In this document: in pieces, positions 19,789 through 29,146 of the stretch
Layout: each line of letters starts with the position of its first letter
Numbering within the stretch: the first letter of the stretch is position 1
The notes under the pieces: generated by a model
Databases searched by the model: none
What the model was told of the DNA's origin: nothing
Seen by the model: the letters and a program-made list of their open reading frames with translations, nothing else
Virus record (IMG/VR): IMGVR_UViG_3300037088_000361
Coordinates: 32,001 to 96,000 of that record
DNA from: a virus
DNA: 64,000 nucleotides
Strand: one strand, 5' to 3'
Translations under genes and position numbers: made by a program

Positions 19789-20079
19789 TCATTCTAATAG
19801 TCCATCCATCATCCTCCAACCTAAAGTGGGTGAGCCTGAGAAATAAAACCTCTCAGTGTGTGGGACGACCTTCCTATTTTTCAGCATATGGGCTTCCACG
19901 TATGCTCTCTCTTTTTTCCCCCATAGAAAAATACCAACATTCAAATGGCTTTTTGTATAAGGGTCAAACGTGAGTAAGTATATTGGTTGATTATCCCGTT
20001 TAGGCGGTTTACCGGCATTCCACCACCTGCCCAAACATTTGAATACGGTAGTTTTTATCATAAGTTTACTTGTTGTCAA
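19789..20079 (-). CDS. Hypothetical protein
   Basis: 96-aa ORF in an AT-richer block of small genes. Confidence 0.45.
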   Translation of the reverse strand: MTTSKLMIKTTVFKCLGRWWNAGKPPKRDNQPIYLLTFDPYTKSHLNVGIFLWGKKERAYVEAHMLKNRKVVPHTERFYFSGSPTLGWRMMDGLLE

Positions 20080-20217
20080 CTAGCGATATTTGGTAGATTC
20101 CTTGCAATTTTTGACTCCTCTACACTAATACCCATTACCTAAGTAGCATTAATATAGTCAACGATGTAGACTCCACTGCGTGCTAGTTTGATAAATGCTA
20201 TCGCTAGCTTTAATACT

Positions 20218-20430
20218 TTACGGTCGTTGATATGACTTTTTACCCTTTGTTTGATTTTTTTTCTCACAATAATCCTCCTTAAACACAGAAGCAAGGGCAG
20301 TGCTGACAGATAAGTCGTGAACTTTAGAGTTTTTCTCAAAAATCTCTAAATCAGAACCTAGACGGGCTTCAGCTTGCTTTATCTGTCCTGTCAACATCCG
20401 AATTTTCCTTTTCAAGTTTTTTATAGCCAT
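20218..20430 (-). CDS. Hypothetical protein
   Basis: 70 aa, AAGGAGG RBS. Confidence 0.55.
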   Translation of the reverse strand: MAIKNLKRKIRMLTGQIKQAEARLGSDLEIFEKNSKVHDLSVSTALASVFKEDYCEKKNQTKGKKSYQRP

Positions 20431-20441
20431 AAATACCCTCC

Positions 20442-20705
20442 TTACAACCGATTATCAATCGCCAGCAACAGGTCCGCCTCTTTGGACCTGTCTTGGTGAA
20501 TTTCCAAATACATCGAGCACATGCAGGATTTTTTGGTTCCCAACTTTACGACGGTAACTGAAGGCTTTCCACATACCGTTGACGTACTTTCAAACCCTCC
20601 TACCGACCCGGTGTAGTCTATAAAGGCACCAAATTGGTTGCTACCCTCCCTTACTTGGCATGTTTTAGTCACCTTACTTGCCTCCTTCTTGATTTCACTT
20701 CCCAT
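20442..20705 (-). CDS. Hypothetical protein
   Basis: 87 aa, purine-rich RBS. Confidence 0.55.
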   Translation of the reverse strand: MGSEIKKEASKVTKTCQVREGSNQFGAFIDYTGSVGGFESTSTVCGKPSVTVVKLGTKKSCMCSMYLEIHQDRSKEADLLLAIDNRL

Positions 20706-20745
20706 AGAAACTTCCCCCCTTCAAAAAAGTCTATGTTTACCACAA

Positions 20746-20991
20746 TCACCTCTCTTTGCAATAATTCATAGGTTTTATCTTCAAACCCGTTTCGGGAAGG
20801 AGAGATAGTAAATCCCTCACATAAGAGAAGTTGCTAACCGTATGCACCGCACCCAAACGACCAACAACAGTGCCGCCTTCCTTGTGAAGCCATTTGCCAG
20901 CAACAGACTCCTTTCGTCTACTCAAAAGTCGTCCATAAACTTCATGTCTGCAACGGACACAAGTCCCTAGTACATAGGGTACCATCTTCAT
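20746..20991 (-). CDS. Hypothetical protein (CxxC)
   Basis: 81 aa, GAGGAGG RBS. Confidence 0.55.
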   Translation of the reverse strand: MKMVPYVLGTCVRCRHEVYGRLLSRRKESVAGKWLHKEGGTVVGRLGAVHTVSNFSYVRDLLSLLPETGLKIKPMNYCKER

Positions 20992-21018
20992 TTTTGTACC
21001 TCCTCGTAAGTGCGGAGC

Positions 21019-21222
21019 TTATTTATCTTTCGGCCAATCCTCATATGCATTGAGAAAGGCAAATTTGCGCTCTTCCCGTATGCCTGTTTCTGGATGAGGA
21101 AACTCAAGAACAGCACTCACTGGGTTTCCCTCTTTGTCTGTTTCTATATTGATGATTTTCTGTTCATAGGTACCGTGCTTAACCCCATTTTCATCTGCTA
21201 CTAAGTCTTTTAATTTGTCCAT
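21019..21222 (-). CDS. Hypothetical protein
   Basis: 67 aa, AGGAGG RBS, preceded by a GTATTA motif. Confidence 0.6.
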   Translation of the reverse strand: MDKLKDLVADENGVKHGTYEQKIINIETDKEGNPVSAVLEFPHPETGIREERKFAFLNAYEDWPKDK

Positions 21223-21260
21223 GTCCCCTCCTATTCGGAATAATACTACCTTAGGCAGAT

Positions 21261-23597
21261 TTAATACCCTGTTTTCTGCATAACCGTAGTTCCCGAGTTA
21301 TTGAGAATCTGCGGCGAGTTTACAACATGCGCCGACAGAGCCGTGTGGTTGATATTTTGCGCCGTGACCACATGGTCCAACTTAGTGATGTGCCTGAAGT
21401 TCTTGCATTCTAATATAAAATCTCCGGTCACATGTTGGTGGAGATTTCCGTGGACCATCCAGTCAACATCTCCAGTGATTTCAAGGCGCAGTCCCTTCTT
21501 GGCACTGCTCTGCCCGACCGTAAGCTCAATTCCCCCTTCAAGAGAGCCGGTCAACGACCTTCCTTGCTTATCCTTCCCTGCCGCCAGCACGATTCCCCCG
21601 TCCAAGTCAAGCAGGAGTGATTGCCCCGAGGATGGGTTCTTCCCGATGCGCAAGAGGACATCCCGCACAGCGTGGAGGTCCAAGGACATACCGTGGGCGT
21701 CCATACTAGGGAGCACAGGGTTGCCCATCCAAGAGTTGTACGGCACCATATTCAATGTTGGTTGACCCGCTGTTGTGAGGTCGTGAAACTGATAGGAAGC
21801 GTCCCCGGCCGCATACGCCTGCCGTCCGGGGCTGTGGGAGTTCGGTGTGCTCAGATCAAACTGGATTCCCTGCGGGTCGGAGTATCCGTTCTTCAGATGA
21901 CGGCGGCGGACTGGGACGCTAAGGGTGGAATTGTCCGCCCTTGCTCCCAAGCGGGCTACAACTGCCCCATCCGTGGCCATCCTTATGCTGACCCGCTCCA
22001 TCCCTGTCTTGTTGGCCAGATTACCGGGGTCACCCAGTCCGAACTTGGGGGATGCCCAATATTGCAGCGTCCGCTGCTGGGAAGCATCCTTGCTGCCCCG
22101 TATCTGGGTCTTCACAGACCTCCCTGCATCTGGCAGGCTAGTATCGTCACACCCGAACCGCAATACAGACTGCCCGAGTGCCTGCAGGTCAATGGCGTCC
22201 TCTTCGTCTCGGTTCTTCCCCACAACCAGCTTGAGGCTTCCCACGAGGTGTCCCTCGACGCTCCTGCCCGCTCCATGGGGATGCTCGTAGGCATTCACCG
22301 GGAGGAACTGGATGTTCTCCTTGGGCATCGTGCTGCCAACCTCGAAGGTAAGCATACCCTCCTTGGAGACATCCCAGCGGGTGGTGTTGTACTCGCTCGG
22401 AAAACGGACAGAGTGGCAGGAAGCAGCCAACCTAGCTTCGATATGGTCGGGCTCGGTGTCGGTGACGGGCATATAGCCGCTTGTGAAGTCCGCCCCGAAG
22501 CGCCCGCTGGTAGGCGTCGCCAGCCCGGTCAAGGGCGAGAGCACGGGCTTAAGGACCTGCCCATAGGTAAGCTTGTCAAAGCGGTTGAATCCAACAAGAG
22601 TGCCTTCGCTGCGCTCAAGGATGAACCCCTTGCGCAGAGGCGTTGGTCCCTCGTTAAGCGTGGGACCAAGCGCATGTTTCGCTGGGTCGGTGGGGTGGTC
22701 AAACTCCTGGGTTGCAAAATAGGTCGTGTTATCGACCTTGAAGTTTCCCTGTGTGGTTATAGTCGTCCGGGTCCACGGATTCTGCGTGGTGCCAAGGATG
22801 CTGTCGAGCAAGTCGGTCTGCAATACTTCCGAGGGAAGGGGATAATCTAGGGCGAACTCCTGCACACGGGTGGTGTTCTCAGAGAACGGGAGGACATCGG
22901 GCTTACCACTGACATAGCGGTCGGTCAAGACTGCCTTTGGCTGGAGATAGAGAGTCCATTCACGGGAGGCGTCAGGAAGAACAGACGGGGTGATGTTGGG
23001 GGCGTCAGGGCGGACGACCGGTCCCTTGAAGGTCATCCCGGCGTCGGAATACCCGACTTGTCGGGAGGTGATGGTGCTCCAGGTGCGGCTGTCTGGGTCT
23101 ACATTCTCACGGTCGAACGCCGACGAAGCCTTGTCCCATCCGGGATTAACCCGCTCTGTGTATCCCTGTGAGTAGGAGGCGGTATGCTGGCCAGGGTAGG
23201 CCTTGCGGTAGTTTCCACGCTTTCGTTCATTAAGTCCCGAGACACCTGGCAGCTCCCGCATGGCAACGCTGTCCCTTGCCCTGACAATGTGTGACATCGC
23301 CCAGCCAATTATGGCCACCTGGGAGTGTCCACCATAGTAGAAAAGTGGAACGCACAGGCAGGTGCCTCCCCGTTCCGGCATATAAACATCCGTGGATTCA
23401 AAGGAACTGGAGACACAGGGAATGACCGCTACCTCAGTGTGGATGACCTTGCTGCGGGTGTCCATCACCGTGCATACCTGCCGCTCGTAGTCCACAGTCT
23501 GGACCGTGCCGAGGAACACTTGGAACTGCTCCGACTCCCTCGTCGGGACCAAGGGGGGTTCTTTGTAGAGATGCGTGGTGCCGCCAGGAAATGACAT
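21261..23597 (-). CDS. Baseplate central spike-like protein (gp5/gpV-type OB fold with beta-strand C-terminus)
   Basis: N-terminal GTV..VD.....C.V...P..G..C; C-terminal (I/V)xGD/N beta repeats; follows the hub gene. Confidence 0.6.
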   Translation of the reverse strand: MSFPGGTTHLYKEPPLVPTRESEQFQVFLGTVQTVDYERQVCTVMDTRSKVIHTEVAVIPCVSSSFESTDVYMPERGGTCLCVPLFYYGGHSQVAIIGWAMSHIVRARDSVAMRELPGVSGLNERKRGNYRKAYPGQHTASYSQGYTERVNPGWDKASSAFDRENVDPDSRTWSTITSRQVGYSDAGMTFKGPVVRPDAPNITPSVLPDASREWTLYLQPKAVLTDRYVSGKPDVLPFSENTTRVQEFALDYPLPSEVLQTDLLDSILGTTQNPWTRTTITTQGNFKVDNTTYFATQEFDHPTDPAKHALGPTLNEGPTPLRKGFILERSEGTLVGFNRFDKLTYGQVLKPVLSPLTGLATPTSGRFGADFTSGYMPVTDTEPDHIEARLAASCHSVRFPSEYNTTRWDVSKEGMLTFEVGSTMPKENIQFLPVNAYEHPHGAGRSVEGHLVGSLKLVVGKNRDEEDAIDLQALGQSVLRFGCDDTSLPDAGRSVKTQIRGSKDASQQRTLQYWASPKFGLGDPGNLANKTGMERVSIRMATDGAVVARLGARADNSTLSVPVRRRHLKNGYSDPQGIQFDLSTPNSHSPGRQAYAAGDASYQFHDLTTAGQPTLNMVPYNSWMGNPVLPSMDAHGMSLDLHAVRDVLLRIGKNPSSGQSLLLDLDGGIVLAAGKDKQGRSLTGSLEGGIELTVGQSSAKKGLRLEITGDVDWMVHGNLHQHVTGDFILECKNFRHITKLDHVVTAQNINHTALSAHVVNSPQILNNSGTTVMQKTGY

Positions 23598-23599
23598 AT

Positions 23600-26425
23600 C
23601 TAGCTATTACCCCCTGGAAGCAAGTTTTTTATAAATGGCGGAAGTGAGGGCACGGGAACATTGGGGTTTATCTTGGCATTGGCCACCTGCTTGATGACCT
23701 GTGTGTCTGTGGATGACACGCCACCAGTCAGGAAGACCTGGACGCTGTTCTTGATGTCCGTGAGGCTGCTGTCCAACATCTTTCCTGCCGCCAACATATC
23801 CGGCTGGGGATTGCTAGTGAGGTTGCTGGCGTCCCCCGGCTGTCCCTCTTGCGGGGTGACAAGCTCAATGACGGAGTCAAGTTCTACCGAGTCATATATC
23901 ACACTCATAGTCTGGGCGACATCGGAACTGGATAACCTCTTGTACATATCAGAAGTTGAAAGCTGCCCTGTGATGCTGGGGTCGTTGGGGGTTGCCATCC
24001 CGGCGAATAAAAATACATTGACGTTGTCTAGGGTGCCTTGAGACAGTGAATTAGCGGAGTCTGGCGTCAGTATACCAAGGCGCGTCTCCCTGATGGCGTC
24101 GGTGAGCGTCATCCAGCGCCCCCACGGGAAGGGGGTGGCGACCTCATATCCCTTATCGTCCGTATAGGGCTGGGTCTCAAGGATTTTTTCGAGATATTGG
24201 ATGTCAATGCCTTTGGAAAGCCAATTCTTGCCCGAAAAAAATGGCTCACCGGCCTGCATCGTCGGTCCTCCATCATTCCCATAGGGGTTGACACCGGTTT
24301 GCAGGTTGTTGGTTTCATTAGCAAGGCGGCGGGTATTGAAGGTATCAGCATCCACCTGGTCAGCCTTGTCATTCTGGAGACGGTAGCACTTGTCCTTCGT
24401 ATCCCAGCGGGAGGACCACACATTCCCGATGGTCTCCTTCTGGTGCATGATGTATGCCCATTCATCTGAGGAGAAGGGAGCGTCCTTCGGGGGACGGGCG
24501 GTGACTGTGGTCCCCGACGACACGCTTGTGGACTGAGATACCCAAGTGGGGGGGTTAACAGCAGGCTGATTGGCTGTCGGGGGCTTTGTCCATTGATATA
24601 CGAGGTTAGGCTGGCTGGTGTAAGAAGTAAGGGTCTTCCCGTTCGTCGTACTCGTGGAGGAGATAAGCGGGCGCTTGCGGATGGTATCAAGGGTGATGCT
24701 CATCGTCGCCGACTGCCCCTGCTGGTAGTTAATGCTGACGAGCCTGATGTACCCATACATATCCTTGTGCGGGAAGTACATCGGGAACCCGAGCCTTAGC
24801 TCTGGGCGAAGCGGGATGGTGACGGTATAGGAACGGTAGCCTCGATTTGCCCGTGTCGTCTCGGAGGCAGCATAGGCATACATCAGTTTGGGGTCGTTCA
24901 TACGTAGGAAACCCAGAGTCCGGGCAGGCTCTTCACGCAGCCCGAACTTGGACATCTTGGCGATGTCCATATAGTCAGCAGCAGGGGTTAGGGTCTGAGC
25001 CATCTCGGAATTAAATTGGAAGTCAGTTAACCAGCCTCCTTGTATGGTCGTGCGAGTGGCCTTAATAGCGTGCTCGTCCTCGGTCTCGCTCTCGCTCTCT
25101 ATCTCACTGAGGTGGACTACGAACGGATTGGTGGCCTCGGTGATATAGTTGGCGGAGCTTGTTGTGCTGGTGTTGGAAGCATTCTGCCCAACATTGGTGA
25201 CATCAAGATTGTATAACGGTGGCTTGAAGATGATGGCCCCGTCAATGTCCTGATACCCCTCGTAAAGGAGTAGGTGGACCAGATTCCTGACGCGCTCGAT
25301 GCGGGAGGTTATCTTGCCGTTGAGAAGTTGGATGTTCCCCACACCGAAATCCGGTAAGTATTTATTTATGGTGTTGATGAACAAGTTGGGGTCAAGACGG
25401 GTAAGTCCGGGAGCATCCTTGGCGAGAAGAGCAAGCCGAGCGGCACGGAGTTCGGGAGAAAGCTTACCCTCAGCATCGCTGGGGTGGGCGCTAAGGACAT
25501 TGAGAATAAGATAAGGGTCGTCTTCAAGTGTGACCGGAGAATTCTTCATATCGTAACCGAGGATACGGACATCTCGGATAAGGTTTATTAGCCTAGCCTG
25601 CCACCTCATGATGTAGCCCCCTTGGACGACATCATACCAGTCAGAAGGGTTAATGCTTTTATTACTCAACTGTGCTTGCGCCAAGGAGTTCAACTGGAAC
25701 CCTGCGGGGGTGACGGACCGCAGGAACATATCGGCAAGCTGCTTATAAGGGTCCATTTGTGCAGCGTTGCTACTATAAGGGGTCAAGTATTCTACCGGGG
25801 CGTTACTTAGCAGAGCGGCGGCAAGGTCAACCTGCATAAGCTCAAGGAACCTAAGCGTCCCGGAGCACCCGATGGATATCTGGAGGCTGGTTCCCGTATC
25901 GCTATAGCCTATGGTCGATATCATCCCCTTGAAGACCCGATAGTAGAGGGTGTTCCCTCGTGGGGACGGGAAGTACCCCTTGGCGAACACCTGCACTTCC
26001 ATCATCGTCTCAAGGACATTCTCTCCCCCCGCAGGGGCTTGGAACAGGCGCTTGAGGTTGTTGGGGACGGACAGGGTAATAGTGGCTGCTGGGATGAGGT
26101 TGTCGATGTCGTAGGAGGTGGAGAATGAGTCCACGAAGTCATTGAAGTTCACGACAGTGTACTGCCCGTTGGATTGGTTTTTTATGTCTTGGTCGTTTAT
26201 GAATTTATTAATTAAATATGGGCGTCCTTCGACGTAACAAATTACGTCTGGCGCAGTCTTTATTATTTCACGCTCACCCACCGATTGCATCACATTGCGA
26301 ATAGTATTCGTCGTCACGGGAGGAACTAGAGTATTGAGGCTAAGATTGTTCTGCCCCGGAGGGAGGTTAGCGTTATTCTGCCCCAAGGGAAGTTCTTGAA
26401 TTAAACGACTAGGTGTATTTCCCAT
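23600..26425 (-). CDS. Baseplate hub-like protein
   Basis: 941 aa; YRVFKG.I, YQD.DG.IIFKPPLYN and LRPELRLGFP motifs; position between tape measure and spike. Confidence 0.6.
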   Translation of the reverse strand: MGNTPSRLIQELPLGQNNANLPPGQNNLSLNTLVPPVTTNTIRNVMQSVGEREIIKTAPDVICYVEGRPYLINKFINDQDIKNQSNGQYTVVNFNDFVDSFSTSYDIDNLIPAATITLSVPNNLKRLFQAPAGGENVLETMMEVQVFAKGYFPSPRGNTLYYRVFKGMISTIGYSDTGTSLQISIGCSGTLRFLELMQVDLAAALLSNAPVEYLTPYSSNAAQMDPYKQLADMFLRSVTPAGFQLNSLAQAQLSNKSINPSDWYDVVQGGYIMRWQARLINLIRDVRILGYDMKNSPVTLEDDPYLILNVLSAHPSDAEGKLSPELRAARLALLAKDAPGLTRLDPNLFINTINKYLPDFGVGNIQLLNGKITSRIERVRNLVHLLLYEGYQDIDGAIIFKPPLYNLDVTNVGQNASNTSTTSSANYITEATNPFVVHLSEIESESETEDEHAIKATRTTIQGGWLTDFQFNSEMAQTLTPAADYMDIAKMSKFGLREEPARTLGFLRMNDPKLMYAYAASETTRANRGYRSYTVTIPLRPELRLGFPMYFPHKDMYGYIRLVSINYQQGQSATMSITLDTIRKRPLISSTSTTNGKTLTSYTSQPNLVYQWTKPPTANQPAVNPPTWVSQSTSVSSGTTVTARPPKDAPFSSDEWAYIMHQKETIGNVWSSRWDTKDKCYRLQNDKADQVDADTFNTRRLANETNNLQTGVNPYGNDGGPTMQAGEPFFSGKNWLSKGIDIQYLEKILETQPYTDDKGYEVATPFPWGRWMTLTDAIRETRLGILTPDSANSLSQGTLDNVNVFLFAGMATPNDPSITGQLSTSDMYKRLSSSDVAQTMSVIYDSVELDSVIELVTPQEGQPGDASNLTSNPQPDMLAAGKMLDSSLTDIKNSVQVFLTGGVSSTDTQVIKQVANAKINPNVPVPSLPPFIKNLLPGGNS

Positions 26426-26440
26426 ATCTTTGCTTAACTC

Positions 26441-27574
26441 CTAACCTGTTCCAGTTGAGGCATGGAAACTGGCATACGCCGCGCTGGTTCCCACCAAAGT
26501 GGGGGTAATTGATGATGTCTGTGCCGGAAACGATGAGTTTGCCATCGTGGTAAACATATTTGTCGTCGTGGCAGGGGGGAAGTTAGTTGGGGGCACCCAG
26601 TCCAAGGATTGGGAAGTCGCTGCTTCTGCCGGGGCAGTTGAAGAATCGGTAGCCATATATGCTTGATAGGAGTGCCCCCTCTGGATGACGCTGGGCAGGC
26701 TGTTGATGTACGGCGAGCTTGCCCTGAACCTCTCTTTCCAGGCAAGGAAGGATATCCTAAACTCTGCCCGATGCGGATGGTCGGCGTCCAACGTGTAGCT
26801 GAAGTCCTCAAACATCCCGTTCCACACAAAGTTCCCGACGATGAGCTGAACATCCTGGTGCTTCTTGATGCGGCGGCGGGTGTACCCAGGAGCCATGGGA
26901 CCTTCATTACTCTCCTCTCCTTCAAACCAGTATCCATTGTTCTCGAAGAACATCCCGAGTTGCTGGAGGTTGCGCCACGACTCGGAAAAATAAGCATACC
27001 CATCCGTCAACCCATAGCTCCAGTATTGTCCTGGGGAGTGCCCGGTCAAAGAGATGTTGACAAGGCTTTCCCCCCATACCCCGAACTGCCAGCCCCCACG
27101 GGCAAATGTCTGCGAATCCTCGGTAGAGCGGGACACAGAGGCAGTTTGGGGGTTAATAAGGAACCGATACTCAGCCGTCAGGTTGGGGTCAAACTTGCCG
27201 TTGGAGTCTCTGCCCCGATGGGGGATGCGGACGATGACATAATCCACGAAGGTCTTCTTGGCGGCGTGGATATAGAAATCTTTGGCTTCGCCACGATGAG
27301 GAGCGGTGGTAGGAATCCCACTGATTATCGTATTGACTATCGCCGTGGCGTTCTCCGGTATGAACCGCTTTTCCGCCCGGATGGGGAGGAGCATAGCAGG
27401 CGTCGGGACGTGGTTTGGTGAGGCGGCGTGAATGTCGCTCATGTCGTTGATGTCACCCTTCGCCACCTCGGGGGCGGGGGCGTGGTTCGACACTGTGGGT
27501 GCCAAGGCTGTAAGGTTCAGATTGGGCTGCCCAAGAGGGAGTTCATCGGTAGTCAATGTAAAAGGTATTGCCAT
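26441..27574 (-). CDS. Tail-tube initiator/baseplate protein
   Basis: F.INP......R.....ARGGW....WG....I.L.G and G.F..FSY..DA..P....F...F pattern; paralogous to the C-terminal part of 27578-29146. Confidence 0.55.
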   Translation of the reverse strand: MAIPFTLTTDELPLGQPNLNLTALAPTVSNHAPAPEVAKGDINDMSDIHAASPNHVPTPAMLLPIRAEKRFIPENATAIVNTIISGIPTTAPHRGEAKDFYIHAAKKTFVDYVIVRIPHRGRDSNGKFDPNLTAEYRFLINPQTASVSRSTEDSQTFARGGWQFGVWGESLVNISLTGHSPGQYWSYGLTDGYAYFSESWRNLQQLGMFFENNGYWFEGEESNEGPMAPGYTRRRIKKHQDVQLIVGNFVWNGMFEDFSYTLDADHPHRAEFRISFLAWKERFRASSPYINSLPSVIQRGHSYQAYMATDSSTAPAEAATSQSLDWVPPTNFPPATTTNMFTTMANSSFPAQTSSITPTLVGTSAAYASFHASTGTG

Positions 27575-27577
27575 ATT

Positions 27578-29146
27578 TTATCCTGCTGGATTGAATATAA
27601 AGCCCAGCGTCTTCTCAACTTGGAACACAAAGTTGAACTCCCACTTAAACGGGGTGGCCGCATCTTGGGCCCAGCTTAAACTCTTGAAATAACCCAGATA
27701 ATTTACCCCTTTGAACTTCATTAAAATTGCACCACGGCTCATCACGTCATTTGTCCGGCCGTTCATCTGCGTGGCGGATATACCAAGCTCCGGGCTCCAA
27801 GCGTCAATACCCACCTGCTCCGAGACTTGACCCGACCCCGCTTCCTGTTCAGCCTTCTCATAAAACCACCGTATGCCATTCATCTTGAACAGGGATAGAA
27901 ACTCCACGAAGGCGTCCTGTGCCGCCACCCGAAACATATCTTGTGGCTTGGGAGACTGCGTCAGCTTACTGAGATAGGATTGGGCACTCAGTGATTCCCC
28001 CCCGTAAACCTCGCTTATCATATCAGGTGATGCACCCTGCTCGGCGTTGGTCGCCGTTTCCTGCCCAAAGGCAAGTGGGGAGAAAGACTGGTTGGAGGCT
28101 AATGTCTGGAATCCCGCCGTCACCGCCGAGATAATGTCCTGGGATATGGTCGCCGTGCTGAAAAAATCGGTCAACCCCAACTGGTTCATAAACACACCGG
28201 TCGTGCAGCTTCCCTCTATCGTGTCTGCCTGCATCCCCCACATCGTGACATGCCATCCGACACGGGTCCTCTGCGGGTGGCACACATGCTTGGAGCTTAC
28301 GCTGAAGGTCTTCATCGAGGCATTGAGTTGTACCTGTAGAGGAGGAGCACCTTGGATGCTGGTAGCCCCCGGTGATACCTGCGGAAGATACACATCCTGC
28401 CTGTCGTGCAGGATGACCTCGAATACCACCGGGGTCACCACTCCTCTGACCTTGGGGTTGCCTGTAACTAAGCCAGTATCCTTGTACCACGGTGTATTGT
28501 TCAAGCCTACATTGATGATGGCATCTGGGAACAGGGAGCCGTAATCCACGGTAGAGGGAAGAAGGGACACGGGGGTGTAATTAACCACATCGTGTGTAAG
28601 GGGGGAGTTGGTGGTTGTAGAGCCTGCAACATCACCCGTCCCCTGATTGTTGATTACTCCTCCAGGGGGGTTGCTAGTCACTAATTTGATTCCTGGGTTT
28701 GTAGCCGTGACATTACCATTGACAAGGTCCTTCATCTTCGTGGTGGGGAGAATCCCCATCCTTTGACAAGTACCGGTAACATAGTTAGGGTTGATGTTGT
28801 CAGCCCAAGGACTCCCTGCTTGAAAGGTTTCCAAATACTGGGCGACGGTCAGGTCACCCGTGCTGGCTAGACCCAGTTTATTGGCAACATAAGTGTACTG
28901 GGAACCAGAGCCTGCGGTGCCGTCGGCCACCCCTTGAATCTTGTTCTGGAGAGAAGCATATCCTGCCTCGGCTGTGGGGTAAACTATCTGCCTCTCTGAG
29001 CCGATGACCTGACCCGTATAACCAGCCCCAGCCCGCTCGTCTCCAGGATTGTTAGCCCTTGATGCTACAGTGCCAGGCTGCCCAAAGCCTTCACTGATGG
29101 CTTGGGAGTTGGCAAGGGCAGCATTGTTTGTCCCATAAGTAGGCAT
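27578..29146 (-). CDS. Tail-associated protein: N-terminal RxNNPG lysozyme-like domain and C-terminal tube-initiator-like domain
   Basis: RANNPG...YPTAEAG...; C-terminal GYFKSLSWAQDA..PF.W.FNF.F; start MPTYG coupled to the tape measure stop (TAATG). Confidence 0.55.
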   Translation of the reverse strand: MPTYGTNNAALANSQAISEGFGQPGTVASRANNPGDERAGAGYTGQVIGSERQIVYPTAEAGYASLQNKIQGVADGTAGSGSQYTYVANKLGLASTGDLTVAQYLETFQAGSPWADNINPNYVTGTCQRMGILPTTKMKDLVNGNVTATNPGIKLVTSNPPGGVINNQGTGDVAGSTTTNSPLTHDVVNYTPVSLLPSTVDYGSLFPDAIINVGLNNTPWYKDTGLVTGNPKVRGVVTPVVFEVILHDRQDVYLPQVSPGATSIQGAPPLQVQLNASMKTFSVSSKHVCHPQRTRVGWHVTMWGMQADTIEGSCTTGVFMNQLGLTDFFSTATISQDIISAVTAGFQTLASNQSFSPLAFGQETATNAEQGASPDMISEVYGGESLSAQSYLSKLTQSPKPQDMFRVAAQDAFVEFLSLFKMNGIRWFYEKAEQEAGSGQVSEQVGIDAWSPELGISATQMNGRTNDVMSRGAILMKFKGVNYLGYFKSLSWAQDAATPFKWEFNFVFQVEKTLGFIFNPAG

